A stretch of 64,000 nucleotides of DNA from a virus: IMG/VR virus record IMGVR_UViG_3300042541_002760; one strand, given 5' to 3'. How positions within the stretch are numbered: the stretch's first letter is position 1; the number at the start of each line of letters is the position of its first letter. Of the stretch, positions 1 through 9,483 are shown piece after piece. The notes below the pieces were generated by a model. The model was not told the origin of the DNA and made no database searches. It worked only from the letters and a program-made list of their open reading frames with translations. The translations under genes and the position numbers were made by a program.

Positions 1-113
1 AACATGACAACAAGGTCTTTGGGGTATTGATAAGATGGCTCAAGCATTTTGAATACCTTGAGCGGAATCTTTAATCCATTGAGAAAGATAATGTCTTTAT
101 CATGCTTGAACAT
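1..113 (-). CDS. hypothetical protein, 5' part only (MFKHDKDIIFLNGLKIPLKVFKMLEPSYQYPKDLVVM..., runs off the window)
   Basis: ATG at 113 lies just after the stop of the upstream fibre gene; frame is open to base 1. Translated by hand, not in the ORF track. Confidence 0.6.
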   Translation of the reverse strand, partial: MFKHDKDIIFLNGLKIPLKVFKMLEPSYQYPKDLVVM

Positions 114-115
114 TA

Positions 116-3100
116 TTATATCGGCAACTGTTGTGCATCACCTCTGAAGGTATCGGACAGCCCTGCGGCATCTGTCATTGGTGAGAATGCTGTATTGGTA
201 TATGACAGTGTAAACTTAGAATTTAATCCCTGTACTCTTCCAGTTCCTTGCAATTTTGGAGTGGATATCAAAGTAACAGGATCATTAGCCGATATTCCAA
301 CTGCCCCATACATATCGGGCGTATCCACATTTGAATTGATTGCCAAAATTGCAAACTTATTAAGTTCGGTAGAATTTACTATACTAGTATCACCTCCCTT
401 AAAAAATCCTGTATCACTGAGAATTCGAGTAAATGGTCTGATTTTTACATTTGAATTCGTTGCAAGAATACCAGGGCCGATGATATCGGTACTGCCAATA
501 ACGGCAGAAGTATTGGCAATTGAGATCGGGGATCGATTTCCCTTGATGTGTGTCTTACCAATATTCGTCAGATCATGAGAGATACTCAAAGATCCCGCAC
601 CTTCTGTGATGATTGGGAATGAGCAACGCGAGAAGATACTTCCTGCAACATCAGCATTTGCACCCGAATCTGCTGCAAATCCATAATAGGATCCAGATAC
701 ACTGCAATGCCCAAGACGGATAGTTCCACCGTTATATGCATGTGCTGCAACAGGATAGTCCAAGAACATACATCCACGAGCCTTGATAGTTCCACCATCA
801 GTCTGCAATGCTACGGTATTACCATATGAACCGCCTGAGATATATGGAGTCATACTTATATCATTGAGTGCAGCAGTAGTCGAATGGTTGATGAATGCAA
901 TTCCATCCGATGCAACACCACCAACTGTCCAATCGCCAACAAAGGTATTTGTATTGCGAGTTGTAAACAATGCTCCCGATGGTGAGGTGGTGTGAACAGT
1001 GACTCGATATATGTCAACGGCATTGATATAGTTTGTAAATGTTTTGTTGAGCAGATTCGAGAATACCTGACCGCCTTCGTTATTAACCTTCAGACTGAAA
1101 TACTGACCGCTGATCCCAACAACCTCATGACCACCAATCAACATATTCATCACGCCACCTGTACCGCTTGTAATGCCGTCAAATCCAGATGATACGCCAT
1201 TGGAAGAGGTTACACCCGAAACAAGCGAAAGAGGCGGTAGGAACCGAATGCCACACCCTATGGCAGCAAGCATCGATTGTCCCGTACCGATATTCACCTG
1301 CAAGGTAAATTGTGTGTTACTAGTTGCTCCAAGCGGGGTATAGACAGGGAGGAAAGATATTCCCTTTACAGTCTGTGTAACTATACTATTGTTCTCTGCA
1401 CGGATATAGAGATCTCTACTGATATAATTGTGCCAAGGTTTTGTAAGTGTATAGACTCCATTGGTCAGCACAATATCAAATGCAGATGCAAATGAAGATG
1501 CCGAATCATTAATGACTGACAAATTAAACACAGAAGAATGACTGATTTCCTCATTTGGATTTGTTGGTGTCGTTAGTGGTTTACCATATGCAAAGGTATA
1601 CTCATTCACCGAATTGGCAGGATCTCGATAGTAGAACGGTGCCTTACTTTCGGGGGCAAGATTTGTTGCCTGAAAGGTATTCATCATATATGCAAAGTCT
1701 GTTGGATACAGTGGATCCATTGACAGTTTTGTCGATAGGAAACTTTCATTCGGATTTCCTACAATGCCATCTTTATAGGAAGAACTTGATGCCGCATATA
1801 CTGTAAATGATGGAAGAACATTACCAGCAGCCTGACATTCACATGAAGGGCCAACAGGGCCTTGACCACCTGGAATGCCATTAGGGCCGCGTGGCCCAAC
1901 AGGACCAACAGGCCCGACTCCACCATCTTCACCATCTGCACCATCACATGCAGTAGTTCCAAAAGTGGTATCACTACAATTGACTCCTGTGTATCCAAAG
2001 ACTACTGCATAACATCCATTCGATTTGGTGTTGCTAACAAGATAAATTCCACATCCTGTATTGCCAAGCCCACCCTGAGATCCTGGTGGGCCAATTTCAA
2101 TTCCTGGCCCCTGAAACTGTCTGTGTCGAATGATCCAATTGACTCCAAGATATGGAGGCATCATTGAAATTGGATCATTATCTGCGGTGAATGATGCTAA
2201 TCGTGCAGTTGCATTTATAATACCTGTACTTTGAACAGTCGTATTGAATGCCAAAACACTTGGACTACCCGCATCGAAATCATCAGCACTGTAAATTATA
2301 TTATCATGATCGGGAATTTCATCAGATGCAAGCAGATGCGTGTCATCTCCACCAATTTCTCCCCGCTTGAGGTCTGTCAATCCCGAAGAGTATCCAACAC
2401 CAAAGACAGTTCGTGCGCGTAGATCAGGAATAAAGAATCGATCAGAAGTACATCCCACTGCTTCATTTGCAGTGAGTGATTGAATTGATATCAATGAAGA
2501 GACAGAAACGCCACTGAAGTTAACGGGGGTTGCACCAGGATATGTACTCTTGAATTGGAATCGAACAGTACTTGAATTTGCGGCAGTCAGACTACCAATT
2601 GCAACATCATTAGTTCCACCCCAACCAATCTTATAATCCTTGTGTGTGTCGCTGTTATATGCACTGAGCAAACTATGAGAAGTTGTTCCTGAATAGTCTT
2701 CATGTCCTTCAGCCGAGAAAGAGATAATAACATCTCGACTGACATTTTCAGCAGGGCCTGTTGTGCTTGTTGCAATGCCTGTTACTTTGTATTTGTCATT
2801 GATTATCGAATACAAAGTCGAATAGTCAACATCGTCAATTGGATTATTTCCCGACTTACGAACTGCTGCACCATCGCAAATACGCCATGTGCTAGGAACA
2901 GTATTAAAAGATCCTGCCCATGGAATAATCGATCCAACAGGAGTGAACAGGGACGCAGTTGTTGGTGCCTGTGGTAGAGAATTGATAACAAAACCACTCT
3001 TAGCAGCCGTTGCAACAAGGACACCCTGAATATATGACGATCCATCATATGGTCGATTCGGGCTTAGATTTCCTAAATTTGTTGGCGATAGGTAATAGAC

Positions 3101-3397
3101 CGTACCTGCGGTGAGTGATGTGGCAGTATCATCTATTGGAAGGGCACCGACAAAATCAATCTCTCCTTGATAGATGACTGTTGCTGTTGTATTTGTAACA
3201 GATTCAACAATACCAACTGTCTGTGCAGTATCTAAGTCATCTGCAATTGCGAGTTGAAATCCTGTTGCACCACCTGTGTAAATGACCACAGATCCTGCCA
3301 CAAACGGATGTCCCACGGGAACATTCCATGTGTTGAGGATTCTGCGACCATCGCCGCCACCACCGCCGCCGACAAGAGGGATTGCACTATATGCCAT
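116..3397 (-). CDS. tail fibre protein with tail-collar domain, short collagen-like segment and C-terminal beta-helix-like region
   Basis: Collar motifs PVGSIIPWAG..WRICDG and FFIPDLRARTVFG..MPPYLGVNWII; Gly-X-Y run GPVGPVGPRGPNGIPGGQGPVGP; upstream CTAAATA late box. Confidence 0.8.
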   Translation of the reverse strand: MAYSAIPLVGGGGGGDGRRILNTWNVPVGHPFVAGSVVIYTGGATGFQLAIADDLDTAQTVGIVESVTNTTATVIYQGEIDFVGALPIDDTATSLTAGTVYYLSPTNLGNLSPNRPYDGSSYIQGVLVATAAKSGFVINSLPQAPTTASLFTPVGSIIPWAGSFNTVPSTWRICDGAAVRKSGNNPIDDVDYSTLYSIINDKYKVTGIATSTTGPAENVSRDVIISFSAEGHEDYSGTTSHSLLSAYNSDTHKDYKIGWGGTNDVAIGSLTAANSSTVRFQFKSTYPGATPVNFSGVSVSSLISIQSLTANEAVGCTSDRFFIPDLRARTVFGVGYSSGLTDLKRGEIGGDDTHLLASDEIPDHDNIIYSADDFDAGSPSVLAFNTTVQSTGIINATARLASFTADNDPISMMPPYLGVNWIIRHRQFQGPGIEIGPPGSQGGLGNTGCGIYLVSNTKSNGCYAVVFGYTGVNCSDTTFGTTACDGADGEDGGVGPVGPVGPRGPNGIPGGQGPVGPSCECQAAGNVLPSFTVYAASSSSYKDGIVGNPNESFLSTKLSMDPLYPTDFAYMMNTFQATNLAPESKAPFYYRDPANSVNEYTFAYGKPLTTPTNPNEEISHSSVFNLSVINDSASSFASAFDIVLTNGVYTLTKPWHNYISRDLYIRAENNSIVTQTVKGISFLPVYTPLGATSNTQFTLQVNIGTGQSMLAAIGCGIRFLPPLSLVSGVTSSNGVSSGFDGITSGTGGVMNMLIGGHEVVGISGQYFSLKVNNEGGQVFSNLLNKTFTNYINAVDIYRVTVHTTSPSGALFTTRNTNTFVGDWTVGGVASDGIAFINHSTTAALNDISMTPYISGGSYGNTVALQTDGGTIKARGCMFLDYPVAAHAYNGGTIRLGHCSVSGSYYGFAADSGANADVAGSIFSRCSFPIITEGAGSLSISHDLTNIGKTHIKGNRSPISIANTSAVIGSTDIIGPGILATNSNVKIRPFTRILSDTGFFKGGDTSIVNSTELNKFAILAINSNVDTPDMYGAVGISANDPVTLISTPKLQGTGRVQGLNSKFTLSYTNTAFSPMTDAAGLSDTFRGDAQQLPI

Positions 3398-3433
3398 TAA
3401 TGGAGTTCCTACCTTTAGTAGTTATGCTTCCAC

Positions 3434-3440
3434 TATTTAG
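3434..3440 (-). promoter_or_regulatory. T4-type late promoter (CTAAATA) for the tail fibre gene
   Basis: Intergenic CTAAATA; the same motif recurs upstream of many genes in the window. Confidence 0.7.
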
Positions 3441-3446
3441 CGTAGA

Positions 3447-4655
3447 TCAATTGCCCTCAACGAGTGCATCTGTGGCAAACTTCAAATTCGCTTCGATACG
3501 CTCTTTTTGATCGGCAGGATATTTCCCGTCCTTCAGCAACTGCATGCTTGCAATACGGGATTCTCGGTAGTGTTCCGTCCAAAAGGATGCAATTGAAAAC
3601 TCATCGAGCATTGCCCACTCATAGATTCCTTGTCCTACGAACAGTGCACCTTCGGGATAACGAATCTTTAGCCCTTGCTTGGCGAAGCGGTAGCCCTGAT
3701 CGAAGCGGGAGAATGCACGGCAGAGACGAGCAGCAGCCCAAAGGCTCTCGGCTCTCCACGGAGCCGCCTGATATGCTCTAAAGTACAACTGTAGAATGTT
3801 GTCAACAGGCTTCTCCATGATCTCCATGATTCTACCTGCCTGATACAGGCTATAGAACACTTCCTCGTTCCATCCACCCAAGTCTGCTCTCTTCAAATAC
3901 AATTCAAGAGCCTTCTCCCATTGCTGCGAGTCACGATATGACTGTGCAAGGTAGAAATGGTATCGATTGAAATCTTTTTCTTCTACGGTTCCTGATGCGA
4001 TAGCCTCTTCGAATCGAACAGCATCCTTTTGATACTTTTCAGGATCACTTGATCGTGCCCCATCCTGAATTGGAGTGTTCATGAATCCACGGGCAAAATC
4101 ACGAGTTGCAATTGGCTCATGGCAATCGACATACTCATGAAGAATTCCACGGTAGTAGAATGGCTTCTTATTGCTTGTCATCTGCGGACGGTGATAACGA
4201 GTCTGTCCGAATTGAGCAAAAATATTGTATAGTTCTGCATTGAGGGATTCCTTAAACTTTACAGGATCAAATCCTGGCTCAAACACAAGAATCTCATCTG
4301 CATCGATCATGAATGCATAATCGGTATCTGTCTTCTGTGCAAGTTGAAGTGCTTCGGAACGGTTATGTCCGAAGTTCTGCCATGTGCTCTGATGCAGTTC
4401 ACCCTCGATACCATTGCGATCAAAGAAATCTTTGATCTTCTGCTGTGTACCATCCGTAGAACCTGTGTCTACAATGAGCCATCTGTCGATAAGAGGCAGA
4501 ACAGAAGAAAGACAACGCTCAATAACACGAGCCTCATCCTTTACGATCATGCAGAGCGTAATTGTTTTTACTTTGTTTTGATTGCTCGGGGCAATTGCTG
4601 TTTGTGGAATTGCAACGGGAGCGGTAGCAGTATCGATTGTCATTGTTTCACTCAT
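3447..4655 (-). CDS. GT2 glycosyltransferase with C-terminal TPR repeats
   Basis: ITLCMIVKDE..IERCL, VDTGSTDGT, NFGHNR, DADE (DxD), LHE, then TPR-like helices (YHFYLAQSYRD..WEKALELY). Start moved to ATG 4655, which follows GGAG and lies downstream of the CTAAATA box. Confidence 0.9.
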   Translation of the reverse strand: MSETMTIDTATAPVAIPQTAIAPSNQNKVKTITLCMIVKDEARVIERCLSSVLPLIDRWLIVDTGSTDGTQQKIKDFFDRNGIEGELHQSTWQNFGHNRSEALQLAQKTDTDYAFMIDADEILVFEPGFDPVKFKESLNAELYNIFAQFGQTRYHRPQMTSNKKPFYYRGILHEYVDCHEPIATRDFARGFMNTPIQDGARSSDPEKYQKDAVRFEEAIASGTVEEKDFNRYHFYLAQSYRDSQQWEKALELYLKRADLGGWNEEVFYSLYQAGRIMEIMEKPVDNILQLYFRAYQAAPWRAESLWAAARLCRAFSRFDQGYRFAKQGLKIRYPEGALFVGQGIYEWAMLDEFSIASFWTEHYRESRIASMQLLKDGKYPADQKERIEANLKFATDALVEGN

Positions 4656-4687
4656 ATCAATCTCCATAATAAACGGGGTGTGTGATG

Positions 4688-4694
4688 TATTTAG
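4688..4694 (-). promoter_or_regulatory. late promoter (CTAAATA) for the glycosyltransferase
   Basis: CTAAATA about 30 nt upstream of the ATG at 4655. Confidence 0.7.
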
Positions 4695-4722
4695 GTGAAT
4701 GATATCCACTCACCTTTGGATG

Positions 4723-5064
4723 TCAAGGAATTTTTGTGATTTCTGGATAAACCGTAATCATTCCCTGAACCAATCTTTGGACATTTACACTGCCATTTGA
4801 ATGCAATTCCAAATCATAGAAATAAACTCCTGCTTTTACAGCAGCCGATGCAGTTGCACCCAAAGAAACATTTATATTTCCTGTAGATCCTGTGATCGAT
4901 GTAGTTAGGGTTATTGCAGATGAAGAAGTATAAAATTTTCTCATCTGTGCATATGCAGTATGTCCCGAAGAAATATCAGTTGCAGTACCCCCATCTCCTT
5001 TCACCATATGGGAGAAAGAGAAGTTTGTACCCTGATCCATGTCTCTGTTGATTGTTTGTGCCAT
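4723..5064 (-). CDS. small virion structural protein (BppU-N/Ig-like; DQG..F...YFYDLE family of T4-like phages)
   Basis: DQGTNFS, AYAQMRK, AGVYFYDLE, RLVQGMITVYPE; ATAAATA box 6 nt upstream. Confidence 0.65.
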   Translation of the reverse strand: MAQTINRDMDQGTNFSFSHMVKGDGGTATDISSGHTAYAQMRKFYTSSSAITLTTSITGSTGNINVSLGATASAAVKAGVYFYDLELHSNGSVNVQRLVQGMITVYPEITKIP

Positions 5065-5080
5065 TAGTGGTATTTATTCG

Positions 5081-5866
5081 TTAGGGTTCCTCAAACACCA
5101 TTACTCCCCCAGCGGAGTGATTACATGAATCGCAATCGTTGCCACGCTTTACCGAGACGATTTGGTTGAATGAATTCGGTATCGTTTGATACTCGTTCGA
5201 AAACCGATGAGCATCGAGTTTCCCGCTGCAACTAACACCATCATTTGGCACACTAGGAGTGAGCAAAAAAGTACATATCCAGTTCGATGCCTGACCCTGT
5301 CGAAGATTCGTAATCGTAAAGTCTGGAATGGACTCCCATGTCCAAACACTTGTATCTCTGTTCACATAACGGGTCTCTGGTCTTCTCGCAAGTATCGTTC
5401 CAATTCCGTCAAATGTATTTGGTTTCTGTCCAAGGAAGATACCATCACATGTATCATCATAGATGCCCTTCCAACGACAATAGACCATTTTCCACCCACT
5501 AGGAACATACCAATCATTCGGAATGTTCATCTGCCCGATTGATGTTTCTGCGCCCTGATTGAATGTTCGATAACTAAAAGAAAGACGAACTTGCTTCTTG
5601 TAAGTGCTTTCTGTCAACTTTGGCCCAGTAGAAACCCAAGATCCATTTTGCATGACCTTCATGGAATCTACTTTTCTCCATGTGCCCCCATTCTGCACAT
5701 ATGCAGCCTGTGGGGACTGCCAGTTTCCCGAATTGATAACATCCAATCCTGAGTAATTCCGAACGACTGATCGCTGAGTTACGAGAACACCAAGGAATGA
5801 TGGGTTGTCAGATGTATCTTCAGGAACTGATGTTCCTACTGGAATGTTGGCAATTGAAGTTGACAT
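5081..5866 (-). CDS. hypothetical protein, probably fibre-associated
   Basis: YVQNGGTWRKV..VMQNGSW motif typical of fibre proteins. Start set at MSTSIA, directly after the upstream stop. Confidence 0.55.
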   Translation of the reverse strand: MSTSIANIPVGTSVPEDTSDNPSFLGVLVTQRSVVRNYSGLDVINSGNWQSPQAAYVQNGGTWRKVDSMKVMQNGSWVSTGPKLTESTYKKQVRLSFSYRTFNQGAETSIGQMNIPNDWYVPSGWKMVYCRWKGIYDDTCDGIFLGQKPNTFDGIGTILARRPETRYVNRDTSVWTWESIPDFTITNLRQGQASNWICTFLLTPSVPNDGVSCSGKLDAHRFSNEYQTIPNSFNQIVSVKRGNDCDSCNHSAGGVMVFEEP

Positions 5867-5868
5867 GA

Positions 5869-8800
5869 TTACATTATACCAATAGCAGTCCAACTAATTC
5901 TTCCTTCAGCAGGCCATCCTGCTGAAGTGTTTGCATTATTTGCAATTACCTTTGCGCCCGTATTTGTGAGATTCGTATACTGACCCATGAAATCTTTGCC
6001 CTGCCAAGATGCATAATTGCCATCCCAACGAACCGTAACGGACATGTTGTATACTTGTGCAAATGCTCTTCGGAAAGTGATGTTTGAATAGATGTTGCCG
6101 CTGGTGCTGGAATCTTCTCCTATGTCGGTTGTTCCCCATTGCATCAAAATGCCACCAGGTAACTCTACCCAACCATCTTCCGCTGCCAAGACATTTCCTT
6201 GGACTGTTGGAGTGCCCGTCTCATACCAAACAAATCCTTCAGGATATCCCACAGCGGTGCTTGGCCCTGTCGTGCTGACATTAAACATCGGTCGGCATGA
6301 AACCTCGCCAGTCGAGTAATCAACGACAACATTACGGCTATCAGCATCTTTCTGATTCTGATCATATAACTTAGTTGCGCCCGTGAGACCGTAGTTGAGG
6401 GCAGGATACATCCGTACACTCGATGTGCTGCTGCCTGTTATCATCAGCGAGTTGCTGCTTGGAAGACTGATACGAGCAGACTCATTAATAAACAGGCGGT
6501 TTCCGACATAGAAATCAGCACTCACACCACCCGCAACGATTGCATCAACGCTGTCTGCACCGCCCAATCCTTGGATGTTGATTGTGCCTGTAACAGTCAA
6601 TGCCCCATGGAATGTATCATCAGCATCGTTGCGGAGAACCTTTGCATTTGTTCGGAACTGTGCGCGGTCGGCATCCGTCAGGGTACGAGCAGCACCACTT
6701 GCAGTCGTATGATTGATGTTATAGCGAATATAAAAGTTGTCGTGATTGTGACCCGTCAGAATCGTGGCTTGGAAACCATTCTTGGCACGGATGATCCAAT
6801 GCATTCCAACATTCGGTGGAATGATGTCGAATGGTGTTGTTCCAGCCCCTGTTCCCAGCAAGCCACCAGTTTCAGTCGTTGAACTTCCACGCGAATTGCT
6901 AAACGAGTCAGTCTGAACAGCCGAATTTAGGGTATGTGTATGTGGTGGGATATTGTTCTCTAGTAGCGTTACTTCAGATTCACCACCAATTGTTCCCAAT
7001 CCGATTGGGGGAGTAATTATTCCACTTCCTGCCAATCCCGTGGCGTTCGAAACGCCGAAGACAGTCCGTCTACGAAGATCGGGCAGGAAGAAAATTGAAC
7101 GACCAACAGCAGTCGCAACAACTCTGCCATACACCTTAAGAGAAACTCCTGCATCTAGTTCTGTGAATGTATTTGTTGTAACAGTAATAGTGCGTGTAGT
7201 TGTATTGACGGAAGATACAATTCCATCTGCGCTTCCCACAGCCCAAACGAACGAAAGTGCATCACCAACAAGAATTCCTCGGGTGTCTCCTTCAATTAAG
7301 AAAGTTGTAGCATTTACAACTTCTGCAATTGCATAATGTGTATTGCTAATAGTTCCGAAAAGGTCATTCCAAAATTCTTTTGCCTTTACCGAACCATCAC
7401 AAAGTAGCCATCCATCAGGGATTCCTGCGGTGATACCTGCAAATGGTTGTACGGCACCAATCGGAGCGGTTGAACGAAGATATACAAGATCAGTAGGAGT
7501 ATCGCCAACAACGATACCTGTATAGTTGCAGACATATCCCTTGTTGATACCCGTGGCGATCAACAGTGCTTTGCGAATTTCTCCAGGTTGAATTTCATAT
7601 GCACCCGAATCGGGATTATCGATGAAACTGCCACCAATTTCAGGATGTAGGAAATATGCATTTCCTGTTACGAGCGGATATAGACTTGCAAATCCACCTG
7701 TTGCAGTCAGTCCCGAAATGAATCCCTTGGTGACAAGACTGAAGCAATTTCCCGTAACACTTTCTACAATTCCAAGTGCCTCTGCATTTGATACCGTATT
7801 TGCCTTTGCAAAAGTGAGTGATCCATCGGTATCAAAGCGAAGAGCATGTCCAACTGCAAATCCGTGATTTGTTTGGCAGAAAGTTTTACGAATTGCATCT
7901 GCTCTTAACCAATCCTCATGAATTCTACCATCACCCAAAGAAACGGGAATAGACCATGGAGTTGCTGTGGTGAGTGAATGAGCACCATCCAACTGATCTG
8001 CATTTAGAAACTTGATCCAATTCGAAACAGGCACCCCTGGGTAAACCGCAGGGCCTGTACTACCCGCAAATACAACACCAAAGGTAGCACCCGCAGCACC
8101 TGTGGGGCTGTGTCGCATCGTCAATTGATTGGCAACATCATATCGAGAAAATGACCCATTTGATCCGTAGTAAGTATAGGAATTGTTTACAGATGCATCG
8201 GGATAGCCAATCGATGCAAACTTAGAAGAAAGAATATAATTATCCGAACCAGTAACACCAAGATTCGTATTTGCAACAAATGCATTCCATGACTGCATAT
8301 CAGGAGATCTGAGATTCCACAAGAATGTCTTGTCACCTGAAGCACCCTTGATATCAATACCTGCGGGAGTTAATATTTCATCACCGAAGAAAGAAGTACC
8401 AATCGTGGGTGTTCCTGTAGTAAGAACTGATGTAATTGCTGAACCCGTAATGACCAACTTTCCACCCAAAATAACATCATCAACACCACCATCGGTGAAT
8501 AGATGAAGTTGAATTGTTCCTGTTGTTCCTGCACCTGCGGTTCGTCCTCCCCAACTACGAACTACACCAATTGTGGTTGCAGTGGCTGGATCAGGAGTAA
8601 GAGTATCGTGATAGAATGCAGTCATACCTGAGGTCTGACCGCCATTAAACGAACCTTCTGTTAATCCCACACCTGTGACCATAAATTCAACATATCGATT
8701 GTATGCCAATTCAATAATCTTGTCTTCAATACGAAGATCATTCGAATCGATATATGAGGTCTGTGCAGACACATTCAGATTACCAACAATATTGACATCG

Positions 8801-9270
8801 CCTTGAATTGTGAAAGATCCATTTCCCGAGCCACCAAAAGTAACAACAGGAGGAAGCATTCGGTGAGCAGGAGTACGCTTAGGCGTTCCTGCCAAACCCT
8901 GACGAGTATCACTCACATCACTAAAAATTACATAATCGCCCATTTGGGGATTTGCAGATGCCCCCGTGCCCAAGTCTTCAAGACGAACAGCATCAATAAT
9001 TATTTTATTGAAGTTATCCGTGAATCCCGCAACACCAATTCCAATACCTGCACCAGGATTTGCAGAAAGAGTTACTACGCCATTGTAGTAACCACCCGAA
9101 CAGCCTGTTTCCTTAATCAATCCACCCGATGTTGCTCCAACATCAACATCAAAGACATTGATGGCACTTGCTGCCTCAATCATCTCATTTGTTCTATCGA
9201 ACCATGTATTAAAGGTGTCGGAAAGAACGAGCGGCTGAATATTGATTAAATCTGATGCGGTACAGGACAT
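5869..9270 (-). CDS. tail fibre protein with tail-collar domain and C-terminal gp53-like fibre domain
   Basis: N-terminal LSDTFNTWFDRTNE; IEDKIIEL; PIGAVQPFAG..GWLLCDG..PDLRR; C-terminal GWVELPGGILMQWG..SWTAIG. Confidence 0.82.
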   Translation of the reverse strand: MSCTASDLINIQPLVLSDTFNTWFDRTNEMIEAASAINVFDVDVGATSGGLIKETGCSGGYYNGVVTLSANPGAGIGIGVAGFTDNFNKIIIDAVRLEDLGTGASANPQMGDYVIFSDVSDTRQGLAGTPKRTPAHRMLPPVVTFGGSGNGSFTIQGDVNIVGNLNVSAQTSYIDSNDLRIEDKIIELAYNRYVEFMVTGVGLTEGSFNGGQTSGMTAFYHDTLTPDPATATTIGVVRSWGGRTAGAGTTGTIQLHLFTDGGVDDVILGGKLVITGSAITSVLTTGTPTIGTSFFGDEILTPAGIDIKGASGDKTFLWNLRSPDMQSWNAFVANTNLGVTGSDNYILSSKFASIGYPDASVNNSYTYYGSNGSFSRYDVANQLTMRHSPTGAAGATFGVVFAGSTGPAVYPGVPVSNWIKFLNADQLDGAHSLTTATPWSIPVSLGDGRIHEDWLRADAIRKTFCQTNHGFAVGHALRFDTDGSLTFAKANTVSNAEALGIVESVTGNCFSLVTKGFISGLTATGGFASLYPLVTGNAYFLHPEIGGSFIDNPDSGAYEIQPGEIRKALLIATGINKGYVCNYTGIVVGDTPTDLVYLRSTAPIGAVQPFAGITAGIPDGWLLCDGSVKAKEFWNDLFGTISNTHYAIAEVVNATTFLIEGDTRGILVGDALSFVWAVGSADGIVSSVNTTTRTITVTTNTFTELDAGVSLKVYGRVVATAVGRSIFFLPDLRRRTVFGVSNATGLAGSGIITPPIGLGTIGGESEVTLLENNIPPHTHTLNSAVQTDSFSNSRGSSTTETGGLLGTGAGTTPFDIIPPNVGMHWIIRAKNGFQATILTGHNHDNFYIRYNINHTTASGAARTLTDADRAQFRTNAKVLRNDADDTFHGALTVTGTINIQGLGGADSVDAIVAGGVSADFYVGNRLFINESARISLPSSNSLMITGSSTSSVRMYPALNYGLTGATKLYDQNQKDADSRNVVVDYSTGEVSCRPMFNVSTTGPSTAVGYPEGFVWYETGTPTVQGNVLAAEDGWVELPGGILMQWGTTDIGEDSSTSGNIYSNITFRRAFAQVYNMSVTVRWDGNYASWQGKDFMGQYTNLTNTGAKVIANNANTSAGWPAEGRISWTAIGIM

Positions 9271-9276
9271 GTGTGA

Positions 9277-9483
9277 TTATCGTTTCTCTATGAGTTTCGA
9301 AACAAGGGATTTTAGGTCAAACAATTCTTGCTCTAACTTATTTATCCGTTCCTTTTGTGCTAAATGTTCGTGCTTTCTTCTCTCATATGCATGTATAGAA
9401 TCATGGTCTGTCGAGAGAATTGCACCTGTTTTGGTGTCTCTCACTAGTCGTTCATTCTTTACCTTGATTCGGTTAGGCATCAT
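9277..9483 (-). CDS. small conserved coiled-coil protein of T4-like phages
   Basis: LVRDTKTGAILS..INKLEQEL..LKSLV; usual position after the DUF4815 gene. Confidence 0.7.
   Translation of the reverse strand: MMPNRIKVKNERLVRDTKTGAILSTDHDSIHAYERRKHEHLAQKERINKLEQELFDLKSLVSKLIEKR

Noticed and set aside
3447-4655. Glycosyltransferase as a T4-type DNA glucosyltransferase
   Set aside because: It is GT-A fold plus TPR with a late promoter among fibre genes; T4 alpha/beta-glucosyltransferases are GT-B fold and early.
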